Source of the DNA: an uncultured Planctomycetia bacterium
Lineage (GTDB): Bacteria; Omnitrophota; Gorgyraeia; Duberdicusellales; 4484-171
Assembly (NCBI GenBank): GCA_964536195.1
Contig: CAZHVO010000003.1
Coordinates: forward strand, 1,797 to 41,407
Direction: 5' to 3'
Length of the DNA stretch: 39,611 bases
The position numbers and the translations under genes are program-made. This document shows positions 26,101-34,331 of this stretch, piece after piece (the stretch's first letter is position 1; the number at the start of each line of letters is the position of its first letter). The notes under the pieces were generated by a model. It saw nothing but the letters and a program-made list of their open reading frames with translations. It was not told the DNA's origin and ran no database searches.

Positions 26101-27032
26101 CTTTTCAATCTAACGAGCATCCGGTTTTGATTCCCGTTCTAAAAAGTGATGTTGAAGCTCAACAGAAGACTTTGAAAAAGATAGGCATAAACTCTTCATT
26201 TTTATATCTAAATGGCCCCTGTAGAAACAATTGCATATTTTGTCTTAATAAAGAAGAGGAGCGCTATTCTGATCCTTTTAAAAGTGAACGCTTGATTGAG
26301 AAGAATAAGGATTTGAAGAATAATAAATTATGTATTGTCGGAAATGACCCTCTCCTGCATCCTGATATCATTACTATTGTAGAATTAGCCAGAGGATTCA
26401 ATTTTAAAGAGATAGAAATCATGACTTCAGGAGAAGTATTGGCTAATGAGGGTTTTACTAAAAAGTTGATTAATTCCGGTGTTAGTTCATTTTCTCTTCC
26501 TTTATATTCTGATATAGCCCAAATCCATGATTTTATAGTAGGAGTTAAAGGTAGCTATCCGAAGGTTTTGAAGGGCGTAGAAAATGTTTTATCTAATAGA
26601 GGGAGGGTGTTTGTTCATTCTAATTTGTTGAAGCAGAATATTGACGGTCTAAAAAAATTAGAAGGGTTTGTGAAAAATATTTTAGGTTTGCCGTTTGTTA
26701 TTTTGCCGGTTAGACCTAAAAGTTCTAATTTGTTATACAAAGATTTAGTGCCTTCTTATAGGGATATTGTAATGAAGTTAAAAGGGGTAAATTCTTTGAT
26801 GGCTTTTCCCCTATGCGTTGTTAAGCAGGTTCAGAAGAATATTTTTAAAGATGAAAGCGAGATAGCCGATTCGATGAAATTATATGTTTTAGACCAAAAG
26901 TTTGTTAAACCGCAAAAGTGCCGCCGGTGTGCGGATCGCCTTAAATGTGTGGGGATTTTTAAAGAGCATGGCCAGATGTATGGAGTTGGAGCTTTGAAGC
27001 CTTTTATTAGAAATGGCAAGAAAATCAGTTAA
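23151..27032 (+). CDS. Four-domain radical SAM protein (B-B-B-A)
   Basis: CQLDCSYC (aa 22), CQMCCRYC (aa 353), CQLKCGYC (aa 682), CRNNCIFC (aa 1024) in one open frame. Confidence 0.88.
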   Translation: MSLNHTENNSVANMLICITAKCQLDCSYCSLDREVQDITESMLYDALDLLFTAKKDILEIQFFGGEPLLRFDLMEKAVNYATEKNQKIGKNIRYVLTTNGLILNDENCQFLKQHDFTLLLSIDGMPETQIKNRPLSFSGKTNYFESISKALAFLKVFKIDYFVNMVFMPDDVKKMTENVEYLIDLGVKDIQLAYAVGQYFSDNNIFRSVDEFTKIAQLAKERKVRFRNLDNDNEPILFSPQVVVSPLGKVYVGCALVLEKKFKEFNDIFYYDQLNNGLTFEDVCRTNSEQFALLEKNRDKIDKALFSNLSLGVALDIFAKHYRISKDKGLNMYEAQSNYLYHDKLMLMLTHKCQMCCRYCYLDFTHPDIKEEVIYKAIDVLFFSQKKDSVEIQFFGGEPLLRFDLMKKTINYAEKKCVEAGKKVKYLLATNGIGLGAKELEYLSNYQVGFILSIDGKSRTQRYNRPLLNKKKNYPFIRFTRVINNLVGQKRDFFINLVVGPKNVNALVDNALFFLKLGVKNIRLSYELGVFWEKKYIIRYCIASFKIMWEWIKHGDNNLINLHVDDEPSLISPVLTVDYEGSVYSGCTITLEKLFPAFRKINYIDNICNVKRMEDMSRTRKEVVSKMWSLSEKRELVFNNLMVGKLAEQHFHKFNVEEKKDVDSDLPKYKVSGLMLMCTYQCQLKCGYCEIEQCDKSMKQKVVEDAIDLLLTTKGKECLLRFWGGEPLLEWELIKKGIKAGIKKAKIKNKKLKFSITTNGLLLDEEKLDFLKKNSVEIMFSMDGDELANKTFRLKGVNEKLYTELENNLKLLANSGIAHFVNLVVFPDNVEHLAKNISFIKRLGVQRIQIGYQNAVFWGADKVKAMQDQIRKFFEANGGEELLMNFVNDCEPTMLSNEILVDVDGKLYLDGAVFMEKDFPALRKQYFLGDLKAIKRVDDLYLTKKDVFNKFKKACNARQRKLLDNNIDLGLEMEYFYNDFSSRSFQSNEHPVLIPVLKSDVEAQQKTLKKIGINSSFLYLNGPCRNNCIFCLNKEEERYSDPFKSERLIEKNKDLKNNKLCIVGNDPLLHPDIITIVELARGFNFKEIEIMTSGEVLANEGFTKKLINSGVSSFSLPLYSDIAQIHDFIVGVKGSYPKVLKGVENVLSNRGRVFVHSNLLKQNIDGLKKLEGFVKNILGLPFVILPVRPKSSNLLYKDLVPSYRDIVMKLKGVNSLMAFPLCVVKQVQKNIFKDESEIADSMKLYVLDQKFVKPQKCRRCADRLKCVGIFKEHGQMYGVGALKPFIRNGKKIS

Positions 27033-28125
27033 TACCCAGCAATTATTAAAAAGATTAGCAGAGTTGGGCATCAAGGATCCTTTAAGTAGTAATACTTTGG
27101 GAGAAGTGTACTTAATGTTATCTCTGCGTTGCAATTTACGATGTAAGGTATGTTCTTGGTGGGGGGCAAAAGGCCCTTGCAGGGATAGAGGGTTTATGGA
27201 TAAATATGCTTCATCGTTGACCTTGAAAGAGCTTAAACCTTTCATGGAAGATATTATAAGCTTTTCTCCGAAAACAATTACTTTTTCTGGAGGAGAACCG
27301 CTTATGTATAAAAAATGGTATGTTTTGGCCGATTATTTTAAGGCAAGGGGAGTCAAAGTGTCTTTAACCACAAACGGTGTATTTTTTCTAAATAATTTCG
27401 ATAAATTGGTTAATGTTGTAGACGAGATAAACCTTTCATTAGGCGGCCCCCCTTCTATACTGAATCTTATCCGAGACAATCGCCCCAGCCATTTTAATAA
27501 GATACTGCAGGGGTTGAAAAAAATAAGTGATTTTAAGCGAAACAACCGCAATAAGCCTTTGTTAGGGATACTTTATACTATTTCAGATATAAGCTATGGC
27601 TATATGTCGGAACTTATAGAATTTTTACAAGATAACCGTATTCCAATTGACCGGTATTGTTTTCAACATTTGATGTTTATCGGCCCGGATACATTTAAGG
27701 CTCAGCAAAGAATATTTAAAAATAAGTTCGGGATTACATCTTTAGATTTGTGGCAGGGATATACTTATCTCCCCAAGAAAATAGATTTTAAAAAATTCAG
27801 AGATGAGATAAAAAAAGTAAAAAAAATGGCAAATGTAAGATTCAGCCCTGATTTTCGTCTTCACGAAATAGAAGACTATTATAAATGTAATAGAGGGGCA
27901 TTACATTATGCCGATTACTGTACCGCTCCTTGGCATCAGATAGATATGATGCCTAACGGAGATGTCTATACCTGTCATGATTATTTTATCGGTAATATAA
28001 AAAATTCGTCATTTAAGGATATATGGAACGGACAAAAAGCAAAGAATTTAAGAAAATATCTTTTGAATAAATTGTTTCCCGGGTGTAAGGGGTGTTTTTA
28101 TCATTATTGCGATAGGGTAGATTAG
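27013..28125 (+). CDS. Radical SAM protein with SPASM/twitch domain
   Basis: CNLRCKVC, FSGGEP, CTAPW..MPNGDVYTC..IGNI..FKDIWNG..CKGC. Confidence 0.88.
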   Translation: MARKSVNTQQLLKRLAELGIKDPLSSNTLGEVYLMLSLRCNLRCKVCSWWGAKGPCRDRGFMDKYASSLTLKELKPFMEDIISFSPKTITFSGGEPLMYKKWYVLADYFKARGVKVSLTTNGVFFLNNFDKLVNVVDEINLSLGGPPSILNLIRDNRPSHFNKILQGLKKISDFKRNNRNKPLLGILYTISDISYGYMSELIEFLQDNRIPIDRYCFQHLMFIGPDTFKAQQRIFKNKFGITSLDLWQGYTYLPKKIDFKKFRDEIKKVKKMANVRFSPDFRLHEIEDYYKCNRGALHYADYCTAPWHQIDMMPNGDVYTCHDYFIGNIKNSSFKDIWNGQKAKNLRKYLLNKLFPGCKGCFYHYCDRVD

Positions 28126-28148
28126 CTTAAAGAAGGTAGGGAAAGTGT

Positions 28149-28177
28149 TTGTTGATTCTGAGGTTTCGTGGTATATT
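28149..28177 (+). promoter_or_regulatory. Possible internal promoter for the second half of the cluster
   Basis: TTGTTG (28149-28154), 17 bp, TATATT (28172-28177) preceded by TG; strong SD aaggaggt before 28203. Confidence 0.4.
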
Positions 28178-28202
28178 TATCTATAGATAATAAAGGAGGT
28201 GT

Positions 28203-28697
28203 GTGATGAGAGCAACGAAAGCAAAAAAGGAAAGCGGTAAATCAGGGAAAAAAGGCAAAAGTAGAAAAGGAGCCCTCTATGCTCCAAAATCCTCAACAGT
28301 AGTCGCTGGAAGATTTATTGATAGTGGAGATGGTACAATAACCGATTTGAAGACAAGGTTAATGTGGGCTAAAGAAAGTAATAGTATTGGTTGCTATTGC
28401 GGCAAGAAAATGACATGGAACGATGCTGTTAAATATGCAAAGTCTCTATCGTCTGCAGGATATTCTGATTGGCGCCTTCCGGAAATAGAAGAATTAATAA
28501 GCATTGTAGATTATTCAAAACTTGACCCTGCCATTCACGAGGTTTTCCTGAGTACACCTAATGGCTATTTTTGGACAAGTACTGTTTTTAAAAGTGATAC
28601 CAGAGGCGTCTGGGTAGTAGGCTTTGATACCGGAAGAGTCAATGGCGATGACAAGAGCGAATTTTTTTATCTTAGATGTGTTCGTAATATAAAATAG
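28203..28697 (+). CDS. DUF1566 (Lcl C-terminal-like) domain protein with a Lys-rich N-terminus
   Basis: RFIDSGDGTITDLKTRLMW, TWNDA, GYSDWRLPEIEEL, FWTST, LRCVR. Confidence 0.85.
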   Translation: MMRATKAKKESGKSGKKGKSRKGALYAPKSSTVVAGRFIDSGDGTITDLKTRLMWAKESNSIGCYCGKKMTWNDAVKYAKSLSSAGYSDWRLPEIEELISIVDYSKLDPAIHEVFLSTPNGYFWTSTVFKSDTRGVWVVGFDTGRVNGDDKSEFFYLRCVRNIK

Positions 28698-28714
28698 CGA
28701 GAGTATTTAAAGAG

Positions 28715-29134
28715 ATGGCTATTAATCGTCGCGTAGGGAAGTTCGCTTTCTGCTGTCCTCACTGTCGGGTTATAGCAGAAGATTTAAGATATTGCCCCTT
28801 ATGTGGTAGAAAACTGTTTGTGGTTAAAGAAGGCTATTATGCTAGTCTCTTAGGAGATACCGTAATAAAAACTGACTTTCCTGAACAGAAAAAACCTTCT
28901 CATCTGGGAGATTTTCCTTGGATAAGTATATGTGTTTGTTCTAAGTGTAAATACACGGTTCATGCGGGAGAGGTTTGTCCTGTAGATGGTACAAAGCTAA
29001 AAAAGAAGATAGTTAAAATAGCTTACGCTTGCAAAAGAGACAGAATCGCTTTTTCTACTAAGACAACGTGTCCTCTTTGTAAAATTCCCACCATAAAAAT
29101 TGAGGACGTTCATACTGTTAAATTTGCCATTTAA
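28715..29134 (+). CDS. Small protein with three Cys-knuckle (zinc-ribbon/heavy-metal-binding-like) units
   Basis: CPHC..CPLCG, CSKC..CPVDG, CKRD..CPLC. Confidence 0.65.
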   Translation: MAINRRVGKFAFCCPHCRVIAEDLRYCPLCGRKLFVVKEGYYASLLGDTVIKTDFPEQKKPSHLGDFPWISICVCSKCKYTVHAGEVCPVDGTKLKKKIVKIAYACKRDRIAFSTKTTCPLCKIPTIKIEDVHTVKFAI

Positions 29135-29219
29135 TCTTTGTTGGAGGCGTATTTGATTAAATTAGATTCTTCCATAAGGGTTTAGCTTTGGTAAAGATAA
29201 CCTTTTTATTACATAACAA

Positions 29220-30149
29220 ATGGAGCGGCTTGAATTTCATATCTCATACAAATGTTATAACAATTGTTGTTTTTGCAGTGAAAGCGGCCAATTAAGTAAA
29301 TTCAGAGATTTATTTGTTTCCCGAGAGAAGATTATTGCTAATCTGGAAAATTTTGCCAAAAAAGGCTTTAAACATATTACTTTTACCGGAGGCGAGCCGA
29401 CCTATCATCCTCATTGTATTGAGATTCTGAAATTAGCCAAAAAATTAGGATATAAAACTTATCTGACAACTAACGGTGGACTGTTCTCGCTAAAGAAGTT
29501 TACCCAAAAAGCTTTGCCCTATCTTGATGAAGTTTGTTTTTCACTTCACGGCCACACTGCAAAGCTCCATAATTTTCATACTCGTAACAAAAAAAGTTTT
29601 AGTAAACTGGCCAAAGCCTTAGCAAACATAGAAGAGGCAAAGGAAAATACTTTTGGGTTTGCTAATATTGTAATAACTAAATATAATTTCGATTTTTTAA
29701 TTGAGATTATCGATTTCATTAGTCGCTACAAGAAGATAAAACAGGTTCTTGTTTCCAATTTTGCTCCTGAAGGTAACGGGTTATCCAATTTTAATGAATT
29801 AGTTGTACCTTTATTCCGAATTAAAGAAAAGGTTGGCGCGATCGTCGATAAGGCAGAGAGTCAATCTATAGTGGCAAGATTTTTTGGAGTACCGCTTTGT
29901 GCATTAAATGGTTATTGGAATTATTCTAACGATGCTTATTGGTCATCGCGTACGACCATTGAACAATGGAAAACGAATAAAAAGATATTTCTAAAGAAAA
30001 CTTTAAGCTATAAACCGGTTCGGGGAAGAGTTAAAACTCTCAAGTGCCGGCAATGTTTAAAAAAAGATATTTGTGGAGGACTTTTTAAAAAATATTATCA
30101 TGAATTCGGTGATTATGAATTAATGCCGTTTTCAAGAGAGGTAGAATGA
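29220..30149 (+). CDS. Radical SAM protein, HxsC-like (group A)
   Basis: CYNNCCFC, FTGGEPT, VPLC, CRQCLKKDICGG. Confidence 0.88.
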   Translation: MERLEFHISYKCYNNCCFCSESGQLSKFRDLFVSREKIIANLENFAKKGFKHITFTGGEPTYHPHCIEILKLAKKLGYKTYLTTNGGLFSLKKFTQKALPYLDEVCFSLHGHTAKLHNFHTRNKKSFSKLAKALANIEEAKENTFGFANIVITKYNFDFLIEIIDFISRYKKIKQVLVSNFAPEGNGLSNFNELVVPLFRIKEKVGAIVDKAESQSIVARFFGVPLCALNGYWNYSNDAYWSSRTTIEQWKTNKKIFLKKTLSYKPVRGRVKTLKCRQCLKKDICGGLFKKYYHEFGDYELMPFSREVE

Positions 30150-32239
30150 ATAATAATCAAAGAGATTTGACAGCACAGGTTAAGAAAAAATGGGTTAGGC
30201 TAACTCGGGTGTGCAATAACCGCTGTCTATTCTGCTTGGACAAGAATGCACAGAATGGTAGTCATTTATCCCTAGCTGAGATAAAAAAAGTTTTTCAAGC
30301 CGGGCGTAAAGAAAAGGCAGAAAAAGTTATTTTAAGCGGCGGCGAACCTACTTTGCACCCGAAATTTATTGATATTGTAAAAAAAGCTAAAAAACTGGGC
30401 TATACTAAGATTCAGGTTATTACCAATGGCAGGATGTTTGCTTATAAGAAATTTTTAGATCAGGCAATAAATGCTGGTGTTGGTGAGGTGACTTTTTCTA
30501 TACATGGACATAATCAGAGATTACATGATAAACAAACCGGAGTAAAGGGGTCTTTTTTCCAAACTTTGGCCGGTTTAGCGGCTGCTTTACAGACTCAGGG
30601 GCTTATAGTAAATGTAGATATTGTGATTAACAAAATCAACATACGCTATCTGAAAGACATTATAGAGTTTTATATTAATTCAGGCGTTTTAGAGTTTGAT
30701 CTCCTGCAAGTTATGCCTTTTGGCCGAGCCTGGGACAATAGAGAGGTTCTTTTTTACGACATTGAAGAGTCACTTCCATTTTTAAATGAGGCTTTCCAAT
30801 TATCCAGGGACCCCAATCTACATATTTGGACCAATCGGTTTCCGCCGGAATACCTTGAGGGTTTTGAAGATTTAATTCAACATCCAGTTAAGCTATATGA
30901 CGAAGTAGGCGGACGTCGTGACATGTTTGATAGATTCCTTAATAATGGAAAAAAAATGGATTGTAAAGGCAAGAAATGCTCATATTGTTTTTTGGAAAAC
31001 TTTTGTAAAGATGTGATACTGCTAAAAGAAAAAGGTGAATTGACCTCACACGTTCTCCCTTTTTGTTTAAAAGAGGCGAAAGAGACCCGCGATGTAAAGA
31101 TGCAGTGTAAATATACATTGAGTAAAGACAACAGGGGTATTTTTAAGTTCCTTTCTTTTTATATTCAGCATAGATATTTTATAAAGGGGCTAAGGTGCAA
31201 AAAGTGTAAATTTAATGATCGCTGCACAGGAATGCAATGTGATTATATCCGTAATCATGGATTCCAGGTTTTGAAGCCGATTCTGGACAAGAGAACAAAA
31301 TATAAACAAACTGTTTTGCAAAAAAACATTCCCTACAGGCTTCTTCGGTTAAATTTAGCCTGCAATGCTAATTGTCTATTTTGTAATGTGCCGCCGGAGT
31401 CTTATCCGTTGCAAGAAATGTCGACTCAGCAAGCTAAATCCGAAATTGATCGTCTTATTGCTTTAGATAAAGAATTAAGATTGGATATTACCGGTGGTGA
31501 ACCTACTTTAAGGGGCGATTTAGAAGAGTTAATCGAATATGCATCTAAAAAAGGAGCAAAGGTAATTGAAATTCAGACCAATGGTATTTTATTGGCTAAT
31601 AAAGAGTACGTAAAAAAATTAAAATTAGCGGGCCTTGGTAAAGCATTCTTGGCTCTTCATTCTTGTTATCCTGAGATTCACGATTTTCTTGTCGGCAGAA
31701 AGGGTGCTTTTGAAAAATGTGTTACTGGTATTAAAAACTTATTGAAAGCCGGCGTTGAAGTCATTCTGAATCCGGTAATTACTGTTAAGAATTATGAATG
31801 TTTACCGGATTATATAAAATTTATCAAAAACAATTTTCCCCGGATAAAATCCGTATCTCTTTCGGTTGTTCAGCCGCGAGGCCGCGCAGGAAATAATAAA
31901 TATTTAATACCCCGTTACAAGGTAATTTCCTCTCATATAAGAAAAGCATTGACACTGGCTAAAAAATATGGATTGATTATCTATAATCCCTATTGTGGAG
32001 TGCCATTATGTATAGGGGGATGGCATCGCTACCCGGAGCAGTGTGTGGAATATTGCGAGAATCTTTTGAAGTCAAAAAGCGGTTTCGGAGAAGATGATTT
32101 TAATGCCGATAAGGTGAAAAGTCCCGACTGTTGCAAGTGCGATTTAAATAATTTTTGCAATGGCGTATGGAAAGAGTATGCCGCGATTTATTCTTTTTCT
32201 GATTTAAAGCCGGTCAGGCTGAAAAAGCAAGCTATCTAG
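30146..32239 (+). CDS. Tandem two-domain HxsC-like radical SAM protein (A-A)
   Basis: CNNRCLFC/LSGGEPT/LPFC/CKKCKFNDRCTG and CNANCLFC/ITGGEPT/VPLC/CCKCDLNNFCNG. Confidence 0.88.
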   Translation: MNNNQRDLTAQVKKKWVRLTRVCNNRCLFCLDKNAQNGSHLSLAEIKKVFQAGRKEKAEKVILSGGEPTLHPKFIDIVKKAKKLGYTKIQVITNGRMFAYKKFLDQAINAGVGEVTFSIHGHNQRLHDKQTGVKGSFFQTLAGLAAALQTQGLIVNVDIVINKINIRYLKDIIEFYINSGVLEFDLLQVMPFGRAWDNREVLFYDIEESLPFLNEAFQLSRDPNLHIWTNRFPPEYLEGFEDLIQHPVKLYDEVGGRRDMFDRFLNNGKKMDCKGKKCSYCFLENFCKDVILLKEKGELTSHVLPFCLKEAKETRDVKMQCKYTLSKDNRGIFKFLSFYIQHRYFIKGLRCKKCKFNDRCTGMQCDYIRNHGFQVLKPILDKRTKYKQTVLQKNIPYRLLRLNLACNANCLFCNVPPESYPLQEMSTQQAKSEIDRLIALDKELRLDITGGEPTLRGDLEELIEYASKKGAKVIEIQTNGILLANKEYVKKLKLAGLGKAFLALHSCYPEIHDFLVGRKGAFEKCVTGIKNLLKAGVEVILNPVITVKNYECLPDYIKFIKNNFPRIKSVSLSVVQPRGRAGNNKYLIPRYKVISSHIRKALTLAKKYGLIIYNPYCGVPLCIGGWHRYPEQCVEYCENLLKSKSGFGEDDFNADKVKSPDCCKCDLNNFCNGVWKEYAAIYSFSDLKPVRLKKQAI

Positions 32240-32390
32240 ACTATGCCGGGAGTTAAAAGGAAGAATTTATATTAGAACCAGCGGCTATCACAATAACCCT
32301 GGCCCTTAACCGAAGGGTAACCCTGATAAGCAACAAAGTAAAAAAAGTTAGATTTTAACAAAGGACAGTAACTATTTAAAAGTAGTAATA

Positions 32391-33410
32391 ATGATTGTTA
32401 TGGGCCTCGCGGATAAATGTAATTTTAATTGTTTATTCTGTTTAGATAGACAGAGTAGGGGGAAAGGTTCTCCGTCATTACAAGAAATCAGAGGATTATT
32501 TGAAGAAATTAAGAGAAGCAACGAAAATACAATTATGTTGATGGAAGGGGAGTCGCTTATTAGACCAGATTTTTTTGAGATATTGGAAGAAGCAAAGAGA
32601 TGCAAATTAAATGTGTATATTACGACTAATGGTTCAATGCTTAGTTATTATGATTATTTAGTAAAGATTATTAAGAGAGGCGTGAGTCAAATAAACCTTT
32701 CTATACATTCTCATATTCCTGCTATTGCCAATGCCATATCGAGAAATAGCTCTTGCTATTCTTTACAGAGAAAGGCATTAGAAAATATCGATTTATTTAA
32801 TTCCTTGCAAAAAAGAAAGGTAAAAAGAATACCTTTGTATATCAATACAGTTGTTTGTAAATTAAACTATAAACATTTAGAGGGCTTGGTTCTTTATCTA
32901 AAGGGCCTATTAAAGCACACTGATTTTAAAATAAAGTTCAAGTTTATGGTCCGCGGTGGTATTAATATTAATCTTTATAGGAAGCTTTTGCCTTCCTTAA
33001 AAGAAATGAAGCCTTATCTCAAGAGGGCGATAAGCATATTAGGTATAAATAAGGTAATATTCTCTGGTTTTCCTTTGTGCGTTGCGCCTTCCTACGAACG
33101 AGCATGTGTTGAATTGTGGGAGGCATTATATAGCCATAATTTGTATCTCGATTCTTACAGATTAAAGAACTCTAGAACGCAGAGAGACGTAGTTGACCAG
33201 GAATATTGTAAATATAAAGAGTGTAAGGGTTGTTCCTTGAATTCTATATGTTTGGGAGTAAGAAAGGATTACAAGAAGTTAAATCCCGATTTTAATTTAA
33301 CATTATCGAAAAGCAATCCCCAAGAGGTATTTAAGTTTATGAAGTGTTTTCCAGGGAAATCTAAAATAGCAAATCTTGAGATAGAAGAAAAGGAAATATG
33401 GCCAGCTTAG
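32391..33410 (+). CDS. Radical SAM protein, divergent HxsC-like (group A)
   Basis: CNFNCLFC, variant LMEGES, TTNG, FPLC, CKGCSLNSICLG; start uncertain. Confidence 0.82.
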   Translation: MIVMGLADKCNFNCLFCLDRQSRGKGSPSLQEIRGLFEEIKRSNENTIMLMEGESLIRPDFFEILEEAKRCKLNVYITTNGSMLSYYDYLVKIIKRGVSQINLSIHSHIPAIANAISRNSSCYSLQRKALENIDLFNSLQKRKVKRIPLYINTVVCKLNYKHLEGLVLYLKGLLKHTDFKIKFKFMVRGGININLYRKLLPSLKEMKPYLKRAISILGINKVIFSGFPLCVAPSYERACVELWEALYSHNLYLDSYRLKNSRTQRDVVDQEYCKYKECKGCSLNSICLGVRKDYKKLNPDFNLTLSKSNPQEVFKFMKCFPGKSKIANLEIEEKEIWPA

Positions 33411-34330
33411 CCTACATACAGGTTTGTCGTATATGCAATCAGGAGTGTAGGTTTTGCTCCAATCCTTCGCTGGATAAGACTATATCGTTAAAGAAGGCTA
33501 AGAGTCTTGTTGACAATTATATTAGGCAGGGATATGAGGGGGTAATTTTAAGCGGAGGAGAGCCGACGATGTACCCTTATCTTGTAAAACTTATATCTTA
33601 TATAGCAGCTAAAGGATTACCGATGCGGATAATTACTAATGGTCAAAAAACAGCGAATTTTGAATATATTAAGTCGCTTACTGATGCCGGTCTAAAACAT
33701 ATGGGCCTATCTATATATTCTCATAAGCCGCGTATTCAGTCTTTTCTCACTAAAAATAAAGATTCACTCAAGAATATAAAAATAACTCTTAATAATATCG
33801 AAAGATTAAATATGAGCGTTGACATCGGGACGGTGATTAATAAATATAATGCCGGACATCTGAGCGAAATTGTTGAATGGCTGGTAAAAGAATACCCTTT
33901 TATTCGCCATTTTATCTGGAATAATCTTGATGCTTCAATGAACCGTGCTTCTGAGAATCCGGATACAATACCATCACTGATTGGTTTTGAATTAGAACTT
34001 TATAAAGCAATGTTGTTTTTACACAATAAGGGTAAAACTTTTAGAGCCGAAAGAGTGCCTTTGTGCTACATGACTGAATTTGCGCATTGTTCCACCGAGG
34101 CAAGAAAAATAATAAAAAAAGAAGAAAGAACAATTTATTTTTTGGACAAAAAGGGTTTGACATTTCAGAAAGGATGGGCTTACGGAAAAACTGAGTGCTG
34201 TAATGAATGTTCTTTAAATAAGATATGTCCCGGTTTATACTTAATAGATAAGTATTTTTCTTCTAAAGAGTTATATCCTGTTTTTGTTTCAAAAGATGAA
34301 GTAATAAAACGCGTTTTAGCCAACCCATAA
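33398..34330 (+). CDS. Radical SAM protein, HxsC-like (group A)
   Basis: CNQECRFC, LSGGEPT, VPLC, CNECSLNKICPG. Confidence 0.88.
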   Translation: MASLAYIQVCRICNQECRFCSNPSLDKTISLKKAKSLVDNYIRQGYEGVILSGGEPTMYPYLVKLISYIAAKGLPMRIITNGQKTANFEYIKSLTDAGLKHMGLSIYSHKPRIQSFLTKNKDSLKNIKITLNNIERLNMSVDIGTVINKYNAGHLSEIVEWLVKEYPFIRHFIWNNLDASMNRASENPDTIPSLIGFELELYKAMLFLHNKGKTFRAERVPLCYMTEFAHCSTEARKIIKKEERTIYFLDKKGLTFQKGWAYGKTECCNECSLNKICPGLYLIDKYFSSKELYPVFVSKDEVIKRVLANP

Positions 34331-34331
34331 A

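Noticed and set aside
28203-28697. DUF1566 as a diversity-generating retroelement target
   Set aside because: No reverse transcriptase and no template repeat of its 3' end were seen in the window.
32240-32390. Intergenic frame reading RIYIRTSGYHNN, in frame with 32391, as a decayed rSAM N-terminus or a second precursor
   Set aside because: It has no Cys motif or HxS repeats and is interrupted by two stops; the similarity is too weak.
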